64,000 bases of DNA. Origin: a virus. Lineage: Duplodnaviria; Heunggongvirae; Uroviricota; Caudoviricetes. Shown here in pieces: positions 53,328 to 61,008 of the stretch (positions are counted from its first letter, which is position 1; each line of letters opens with the position of its first letter). A program made the position numbers and the translations under genes. The notes under the pieces are model-generated. The model was not told the origin of the DNA. It did not search any database and worked only from the letters and a program-made list of their open reading frames with translations. The stretch lies in IMG/VR virus record IMGVR_UViG_3300010213_000001, positions 32,001 to 96,000 of that record; one strand, given 5' to 3'.

Positions 53328-53365
53328 TACTAGTACCTATATATAATACAAAATAGGTACTAGTA
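53328..53365 (+). repeat. 13-bp inverted repeat with 12-nt loop between two giant genes
   Basis: TACTAGTACCTAT-ATATAATACAAA-ATAGGTACTAGTA. Confidence 0.75.
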
Positions 53366-53401
53366 CTTTAATAAATAAAAACTTAATAAATAAATAAAGA
53401 T

Positions 53402-56400
53402 ATGGCTAAGTTAGGATTCAAATGTCCAAATAAGAATCTACAAGAATGGAAAGATTTAGTTGAAATACAAGGAGAGCAAACAGCTCATTACTTATGGAAT
53501 AAATTTGATGCAATTCCAGAACAATATTATAAGGAGATATATAATATAACTTCAACAATAACGCCTCAGCAATCTACTAGCCTGGTAGAGGCTACAGAGC
53601 TAGTAATGAAATCTATTTCAAGCAGAATTAATGTACCTTTAGCAGAGGTATATGATAAAAACAGAATTATTACTACTAGTAAGAACATAGATAGAGAATC
53701 TATAGAATATTTTATTAGTACTTTAATTGGAGGTAATGTTAGTGATTTGGAAGGAGATATTCTTTATCAAGATGGTAAAGAATATAGTATCCCAAATAAA
53801 TATACTAAAAATTTAGGGTTAACTTCAGAAGATTACTTTTTATCAAAAGTATTAGATAAAGAAAAAGACTTAACAACTGGAGCAAGAGTAATTAAAGACG
53901 GAGTAAAACTATCAATTAGAGATTCTATATTGTCTAAAATAGAGGAGAAGTATAACTCTCTAGTTAACAATTTAGAACAATCACCTTATGTAATCAAAGA
54001 AATGTCAGATTCCTACATTCAGTTTGCCGCTAGAGTAGCTGAAAATAATGGAGATTTTAGTAAAGCTCAACAAATAAGAAATTTTACTCCTCAACAAAAG
54101 AAGGATAACGCTGAGTTAATTAGAAATAATCAAATCAAAGATTTACAACCTTGGATAAATTATTTGAATAGTAGACCTGATTATCCAATAGAGTTTAAGT
54201 ACTTAATTCTATCTGACATATTAAAGTACAATGTAAATGAAGTTAATTTAAAATCTAACTATGTTAGACTTAATAAAAGAAATAACACATCAGTAAATTC
54301 TTTTGAAAGTTTCAACGCTAGAGGAATTGCTAGTGTATTTGAGAAACCTACCAGTTCAAATATGTTTCTAGTAGATTATACTTTAGAGTTAGCAAATAAA
54401 GCAGCTACAGAAGCTCCAACAGAAAAACAATTTAGTAGAACTAATAAAGGTATTTGGTATAAATTTATTAATGGAGATGCCAAAGAATTATCTAGTTTAG
54501 TTAGAGATACTCCTTGGTGTACAGGAAGTGAGAGTACTGCAGCTAGTCAACTAAGTGTAGGAGATTTTTATGTATTTGTACCTTTTAATAATGAAGAAAA
54601 TGAAAAAATAGCTATTAAGTTTGAAGGAGAGACTATAGCTGAAGTTAGAGGAACGCTTAATGGGCAAGAGTTAAAAGATAGCTCCACTCCTATAGTAGAC
54701 GATTTCGTAACTACTAACTTTCCTAATCAAACAAATGCTTTAAATAAAATAGCTTATTTAAAACTTAGAGGTAGATTTATAGAAAATGAAGAGTTGTGGA
54801 GAGATAAAGGGCTTGTAAGAGAACTGTATGAGCTATCTCAATATAATGATGCGTATGAAGATGATCCGTTTTTAGTAGAAAATGAGAATTATATTTTTGA
54901 TGTAGTAAAAGAAATTTTAGAAGAAGTAGCCTACAACTACTCTCCTGAAATAGAAAGAATTTACTCCACAAGAGTAGAAGAATATAAAATTAGAGAAAAT
55001 GAAGATAGAGTTTATTTCTATTTAGAAGATGGTACCATAGTTAAAATAGATATAACTAACAAAAATTTATATATTAATCAAAGAAATAGAAATAGAAATA
55101 ATTATATAGAATCATTTATTTATAGTGACAAAGCTAAAAGGGTAAACTTAGACATAGATAAAAATACATACCTTGGCGTGAATCTGAGAAAAGGTATAAC
55201 AAACTTAAAAGATATAGCTAATGAAGCTACTGATGTAGATATTAAATACTGGCATAATAATGCAGTTCCCAAAATTGCGAAAGAATTTATAGTAGAAGGT
55301 CAGTACTATGAAGGTTTGAAAGCTTCTTTTAGAGGAGGTAAATTAGAATCTTCTGTAGGAAAGGCAGCACATATCAAGATTTTACTTAAAGTAAATCCAG
55401 ATCTATTAAATACGTTTAAGTTAAATAATCACTATAAACATACTATAGATAATGACGTTGTTAATAATCTTAGTATAGACGCTTTATTAAAAATTATTTC
55501 CCCTAAACTTCAAGGTGATTTAGAAGAAAATATTATCTATTTAGATGCTAGTACTTTAGATGCTAGTACTTTTTTCAAGATTTGGGATGCTTTATCCATA
55601 GAAGAGAAAGATAATATTACTATACAAAATATGTCACCCAGTTTATATGAAGATATAAGTTTAGGTATAGATAATATAAATTTATATTATACTAATAATT
55701 ATATCTTAACTGAGGGACAGTGGGTTGGAAATACATACGTACAGGAATACAATACTATTCCATTAATTAAGAATGGTAAAGTAGAGTTACAAGATTCTGT
55801 CTATAAGGATATAGATGAAGAATATACTAAGATTCCTAGAACATATACCTTTAAAAACTACCAACTAGTTTCTGCTGTTTATGATGAGAATTCAGATAGA
55901 TATTCAAAATATTTTGAATATTTTAATACTAAAAATTTATCTGATTTAGAGTATTATGAAGAAAAGTATGGTAGTTTATATCAAAAAGATAAAGATCTTA
56001 TAAGGGGTGTATTTACTAGATTAGCTACGGACAAGTCTTTAATTCTTTTACATAAAGACGCCAACATTACTACTCCACTACATGAGTTAGCTCACTTATG
56101 GGAAACTGTTCTGACCTCTGATGAGAAATCTACAATATTAAATTGGACTAAGCAATCTACATGGGACAGAAATACAAGCGAGAGGTTTGCTAAAGGATTT
56201 GAGCAGTATGTATATGAAGGTGTAAAGACAGGAGATAGTAAAGTAGATAGTTTATTTGAGAAGTTTAAAACTTGGTTCACATCTATAATAGATAACTTTA
56301 ATAAGTATTTCAAAGGTAGTGATCTTAACAAAGATATTAAAGCTATATATAATAAGATGCTTATATCTGGGAACAAGCTAAATGAAAACTTTAGTTCTTT

Positions 56401-59400
56401 ACAAGAAGAACAATTGATATCTATTTATAATGAACTTAATATATTTGATAAAGAAGGAATTACAAATCAAGTAGAACCAACTAAAAAAGTAGATGTATTA
56501 GCTAAACTAAAAGCTTTGACTGATAAGAAGAAGGCTCTTAAGGAAACACTCTATCCAGAACAAGACAAACAGGATGGTGCTCCTAAACAAATTAAGAATT
56601 TATCAACACTTGTTAATCATAGTGGAGGAGCTGTAGGATCCGACACAGAGTGGGATACTATTGGCAGTGATTTTGGTATGGTTACTAACAGACATTATTA
56701 TTTTGAAGAGAGGACTCCTCGAGGTAATGTAGAGATATCAGAAATTGATTCTGAAGAAGGTAAGATAGAAGCTGCAAAAGCAGCTAAGAGAAACTTTGGT
56801 TATAAGTTTAAAACTATGAAAGATAGTAGACTTATTAGGAATTGGAGTCAAGTAAAATATTCTGATGCTGTTTTTGCTATTGGTAAAATAGTAGATAAAG
56901 GAGAGAAGTTATTCCCCAACCAATCTAACGATACAAGAACAGCATTGGTTCCTTCAGTAACAGGTGGAACAGGTTATGCTGTAGGAATGGCTATTAATCA
57001 AAACAAACCTGTATATGTATTTAATCAAGAAAAAAGTGAATCTTCAAACAAATTTATTTCTGCAAAAGGAAAGATGACATTTTCTTATGGAAATAATAAA
57101 AGAGATGATGTAAAGTCTGATACTACTTTTGAAGCCATTCAAAACGGAGAAAGAACTGCTACTACAAGATATGAGTCTGATGGTCATATAAATTATTGGA
57201 AAAATCTTAAAATAGGGGATATTGTAGAATGGGAAGGAGCTAATGGTGAAAAACAATTAGTCGAAATAACCAAACCTTTACATAAATTAACAGGAAGCGG
57301 TAAAACCGCAGAAGAATGGAGCAAGCTGGAAGGTTGGTCAGTTGATTATTTTAACAGTAAAGTCAAACCAAAATTAAACGATGCTTGGCAAATAGAGTAT
57401 AAATCTGTTAGTGATAAAAAAGGTTATGATGTTGGTTGGTACAGATGGGACTATGCTTCTAAAGATTTCACAAGAACAGAAACTCCAATATTAACTAAAA
57501 ATTTTGCAGGAATTGGAACTAGAAATATCAATAATGCAGGGAAGCAAGCAATTAGAGATGTTTATAGTAAAACTACAGAGTCTATTAATGGAAATGCAGC
57601 ATCTAGCGTTAGCTTACAGTTAAATAAGTTGGATTTATCAAATGCTTCAACAGATTTGCTTGAATTAAATTATAGAATTAAGCAATTAGCCAGAAAGTAT
57701 GACTATAATTATAATGATAGAACAATACAAAAAATATGGAATCATATTAAAACTAACTACTACAAGAGATTTGCTATAAACCCAGAGTTGGGTATAGTAA
57801 CAGATAGCAATTTGTCAAAGCAGGATATATTAAATAGTAAAGAATTACTAGTAGCTGCAGTAGCTAAGTTATTAGAAAGTAATTTAGATCAGAGTACTAA
57901 GCAAGTATATATAAATCAAATTAGACAACAGATTATACAGGCAACTTCTAATTATGATCCCAACTTTGAATTATCTGCCACTCAGGAAAACATAATATAT
58001 GTCCTAGATTCTATAGGAGTAGTTAATTATAATTATAATATAGAGAACACTACTACAATTCCTGATATACCAGATATATTACAAGCCGAAATAAATGAAT
58101 GGTATAATAGAGAATTATCAAATGAGGAGATATTTAAGTATAGAGAAGCGCTAGAACCTAAGATAGGCATACCATATCTTATAGAAAATACACAGTCTAA
58201 TTACGCATATGAAATAGAGCAAGCTAAGTTTGTAGCGGGAGACGATGATAGTAGAGGCAATAAAGTTAATAAATGGATTGAATCTTTAATTCAATCAGCA
58301 GTAGATAATGCTAAATATTTAGCTTTGGGAGCTCTTCAATTAAGTTTGAGTAACGCTGATATACAGTCAGCTATTACATTCTTAGGTATTAGTAAAGAAG
58401 CTATTATACGATTACTGACAAGTAAGCAATTTTCAGAGTTTTTTAAGGAGCATGCTTTATACGATGATATTATGGAACTGAAGGGTACATCTTGGGAAAC
58501 ATCATTATATAGATATGCTAGAAAATATAATCTAGGTATTGATAGAGAGAATACTTTGGGAGATTCCATAAATTATATAAATGCTGCAAATACCAATGGA
58601 GTAGTAAATAAAAATTTAGTTAATAGAGAGTATGTGTATCATATGATGAATATTCTAATATCATATTCTAAAGAGTATAGTAGTTTGAATGATTCATTAA
58701 AAGCAACCTACCCAATTAAAGGTAGACCTACTCAACAAGAGACCCAAATAAGAACTATATTGGAAGGACTGGGATTAAAAGATATGGGGCTAGAAGCTCT
58801 AGAAGATGTATTAGATGGTTTAGAGAAGCACATAAATCAAGGAAACTCAGTATATAGTTCAAGATATTTCAAAAAAGCTATGGCTTCTAGTGGAAATGGG
58901 TTATTACCTAAAGGTATAGTAGCTTTATCATTTCCTCACGTTAGAGAAATGTTAAGGTCACACCTCCAATTTCATAGCATTAAACAAATGAACCATCTAT
59001 TGCATAGTCCAGTTATAAAAGAGTTTATTGGAGAATTACAAAGCCAATTAGATACTGTTCAAGTAAATAGAACAAATAGTGGTAATAAAGTTTGGAACGC
59101 TATGTATAATGCAATAAGTAATATATTTTTAAGAGAGTCTTATACTAAAGAGTCTGATGTATTTGCTGATATCCTAGACAAGGAAGATGGTATGTTTAGA
59201 CAAATTGAATTGGATTCTTTGGCAACTCCTGACAGTATAACAAACAATCAAGAACACTTTCAATTGTTTAAACCTAAGGAAACTGAAGAGTTTCTTAGTC
59301 ACGCTGCCAGTGTTGTAAGAGAAATAAAGAAGAAGTACCCTAATAACCCAAGATATAGATTTATATATTCACTTGATTTAGAAGGGGATACTATTAAGCT

Positions 59401-60991
59401 TAGAGGTTCTGAACAAATGATGAATGATGAAAGATTAGTTGCAGAGTATAAAGCACAATTTGAGTTGTTACCTGACAAGCTTAAGGACATGTTATTTAAG
59501 TACTTGTTATCTCATAGATCTTATGGGCTAAATTACAGTGTTGACAGTTGGTTTGGGTTCATGAACTACAAAATGTTTAAAAACTTTAATAAATTCTTAT
59601 TTAGAGCTGAAACTGTTCCTGGAGCTTTGCTGAAGCCAGAATATTTAATGAGACAAATATCTAACTTTGTTATGCAGCATCCTGAGCTAGTTAGACAATT
59701 TCCAAAGACTAGATTTTGGAACGGAGATCAAAATGTAAATACCATATTAAATAATACTGATATGTCTTACTCGTCTGCTGTAATGAGATTACCAGACAAG
59801 TTACCTGCTTTCACAATGGTTGAGGCTGGTCATTTAGAAACTGCATATGAAAGTCCTACTATTAACAAAGCAAAAACTAAACTACAATATCTATTTGATA
59901 TGGAAGTAGAGGGAGTAGAATCATTTAATAGTTTGTTTAAGAAATCTCTTAAGACTAAGAAGACCTTACTCAATAGAGTGAGTGATGCTCATAGTAAAAT
60001 TGTTGAAGAACTTGATAAACTTGAAGATAATGAATTCAAAAAAGCAGCACTAGGATCAGCATTTGATGTGAATGATAATATTAGTTGGTTGTCAAGCTTT
60101 ATTGAATATAAAGAGTATGGTGTATCCCCTGACCTATTCTCCACACTTAGCACATTCTATGATAATATAGATGGTAGCTTGTCTAAAGATATTGTAGACT
60201 TATATTTATCAACAGGAGTAAAGTATGTAAAATCTATTAACGATAATATACAGCAGACTAAAGATGAGTTAAGAAGTATTAAACAAAAGCTGAATAATAA
60301 TGGAGCTGTAGACATAACTTATCAAGGTAAAACTCAGACTTATGATAGTTGGTATAGAGAACTTCAACTTGATATTATGACTGAAGAGCAGATTATTCAA
60401 GATGAGCAGTTATCACAAACTTTAAATGATTTAGAACTATTACTAGATGATAGTATTATACAACTAAATAGTAGAAAGATTTCACTAGAAAATCAATTAA
60501 GTTCCAATATAGAAGATAGAAATAACTTATTCAAATATACTCCACAGACATTATATCTACCACAACCTCACTTTTATACATTAACTAAGTATAACGATTC
60601 TAAGGGCAATGCATATAAGAAACCTATAGTAGCGTTGTATATGGCTACTCCTTCTGTGTTAGAGCATGAGTATAAAGGCGATGTGCCATATGATCCAAAT
60701 GATTTTCCTCTTGTATATAGAAGAGTGTACAATTATAATGCTGATAGTAATATTAACCCATATTTTGTTACAGTTAATCTATTTAGTAATCAACTAAAAG
60801 GAGCTATGTTTAATAGTAGGAATAGTGGCAAAGACTTTATAGATGTTGGATGGAAATTAAATAGAAGAAACCAAGGTTCTATGTATCTAGATCAGATGTT
60901 ATCATCTTTAAATGATGATGCTGCCTACTTGAAATCTTTAATGGAAAGTGATAATAGAATTGATGATTTACATTGTCCACCTAATAAATAA
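53402..60991 (+). CDS. Giant polyvalent virion protein: PWC-motif domain, zincin-like HExxH, SLOG-like domain with nested ASCH-like domain, and probable C-terminal RNAP segment
   Basis: 2529 aa. N-terminal CPNKN-x-x-EWK-x-LV, TPWCTG...AEVRG, HELAH (56081-56095), HSGGAVGSD...GGTGYAV...KPVYVF, GERTATTR, and SAVDNAK (58298-58315). Confidence 0.7.
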   Translation: MAKLGFKCPNKNLQEWKDLVEIQGEQTAHYLWNKFDAIPEQYYKEIYNITSTITPQQSTSLVEATELVMKSISSRINVPLAEVYDKNRIITTSKNIDRESIEYFISTLIGGNVSDLEGDILYQDGKEYSIPNKYTKNLGLTSEDYFLSKVLDKEKDLTTGARVIKDGVKLSIRDSILSKIEEKYNSLVNNLEQSPYVIKEMSDSYIQFAARVAENNGDFSKAQQIRNFTPQQKKDNAELIRNNQIKDLQPWINYLNSRPDYPIEFKYLILSDILKYNVNEVNLKSNYVRLNKRNNTSVNSFESFNARGIASVFEKPTSSNMFLVDYTLELANKAATEAPTEKQFSRTNKGIWYKFINGDAKELSSLVRDTPWCTGSESTAASQLSVGDFYVFVPFNNEENEKIAIKFEGETIAEVRGTLNGQELKDSSTPIVDDFVTTNFPNQTNALNKIAYLKLRGRFIENEELWRDKGLVRELYELSQYNDAYEDDPFLVENENYIFDVVKEILEEVAYNYSPEIERIYSTRVEEYKIRENEDRVYFYLEDGTIVKIDITNKNLYINQRNRNRNNYIESFIYSDKAKRVNLDIDKNTYLGVNLRKGITNLKDIANEATDVDIKYWHNNAVPKIAKEFIVEGQYYEGLKASFRGGKLESSVGKAAHIKILLKVNPDLLNTFKLNNHYKHTIDNDVVNNLSIDALLKIISPKLQGDLEENIIYLDASTLDASTFFKIWDALSIEEKDNITIQNMSPSLYEDISLGIDNINLYYTNNYILTEGQWVGNTYVQEYNTIPLIKNGKVELQDSVYKDIDEEYTKIPRTYTFKNYQLVSAVYDENSDRYSKYFEYFNTKNLSDLEYYEEKYGSLYQKDKDLIRGVFTRLATDKSLILLHKDANITTPLHELAHLWETVLTSDEKSTILNWTKQSTWDRNTSERFAKGFEQYVYEGVKTGDSKVDSLFEKFKTWFTSIIDNFNKYFKGSDLNKDIKAIYNKMLISGNKLNENFSSLQEEQLISIYNELNIFDKEGITNQVEPTKKVDVLAKLKALTDKKKALKETLYPEQDKQDGAPKQIKNLSTLVNHSGGAVGSDTEWDTIGSDFGMVTNRHYYFEERTPRGNVEISEIDSEEGKIEAAKAAKRNFGYKFKTMKDSRLIRNWSQVKYSDAVFAIGKIVDKGEKLFPNQSNDTRTALVPSVTGGTGYAVGMAINQNKPVYVFNQEKSESSNKFISAKGKMTFSYGNNKRDDVKSDTTFEAIQNGERTATTRYESDGHINYWKNLKIGDIVEWEGANGEKQLVEITKPLHKLTGSGKTAEEWSKLEGWSVDYFNSKVKPKLNDAWQIEYKSVSDKKGYDVGWYRWDYASKDFTRTETPILTKNFAGIGTRNINNAGKQAIRDVYSKTTESINGNAASSVSLQLNKLDLSNASTDLLELNYRIKQLARKYDYNYNDRTIQKIWNHIKTNYYKRFAINPELGIVTDSNLSKQDILNSKELLVAAVAKLLESNLDQSTKQVYINQIRQQIIQATSNYDPNFELSATQENIIYVLDSIGVVNYNYNIENTTTIPDIPDILQAEINEWYNRELSNEEIFKYREALEPKIGIPYLIENTQSNYAYEIEQAKFVAGDDDSRGNKVNKWIESLIQSAVDNAKYLALGALQLSLSNADIQSAITFLGISKEAIIRLLTSKQFSEFFKEHALYDDIMELKGTSWETSLYRYARKYNLGIDRENTLGDSINYINAANTNGVVNKNLVNREYVYHMMNILISYSKEYSSLNDSLKATYPIKGRPTQQETQIRTILEGLGLKDMGLEALEDVLDGLEKHINQGNSVYSSRYFKKAMASSGNGLLPKGIVALSFPHVREMLRSHLQFHSIKQMNHLLHSPVIKEFIGELQSQLDTVQVNRTNSGNKVWNAMYNAISNIFLRESYTKESDVFADILDKEDGMFRQIELDSLATPDSITNNQEHFQLFKPKETEEFLSHAASVVREIKKKYPNNPRYRFIYSLDLEGDTIKLRGSEQMMNDERLVAEYKAQFELLPDKLKDMLFKYLLSHRSYGLNYSVDSWFGFMNYKMFKNFNKFLFRAETVPGALLKPEYLMRQISNFVMQHPELVRQFPKTRFWNGDQNVNTILNNTDMSYSSAVMRLPDKLPAFTMVEAGHLETAYESPTINKAKTKLQYLFDMEVEGVESFNSLFKKSLKTKKTLLNRVSDAHSKIVEELDKLEDNEFKKAALGSAFDVNDNISWLSSFIEYKEYGVSPDLFSTLSTFYDNIDGSLSKDIVDLYLSTGVKYVKSINDNIQQTKDELRSIKQKLNNNGAVDITYQGKTQTYDSWYRELQLDIMTEEQIIQDEQLSQTLNDLELLLDDSIIQLNSRKISLENQLSSNIEDRNNLFKYTPQTLYLPQPHFYTLTKYNDSKGNAYKKPIVALYMATPSVLEHEYKGDVPYDPNDFPLVYRRVYNYNADSNINPYFVTVNLFSNQLKGAMFNSRNSGKDFIDVGWKLNRRNQGSMYLDQMLSSLNDDAAYLKSLMESDNRIDDLHCPPNK

Positions 60992-61008
60992 ATTAAATAA
61001 TAAAACAA

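Noticed and set aside
55081-55572. Micro-repeats AGAAAT x3 (RNRNRN) and TTAGATGCTAGTACT x2 (LDAST x2)
   Set aside because: These are small in-frame slippage duplications with no spacers or array structure, and are not CRISPR-like.
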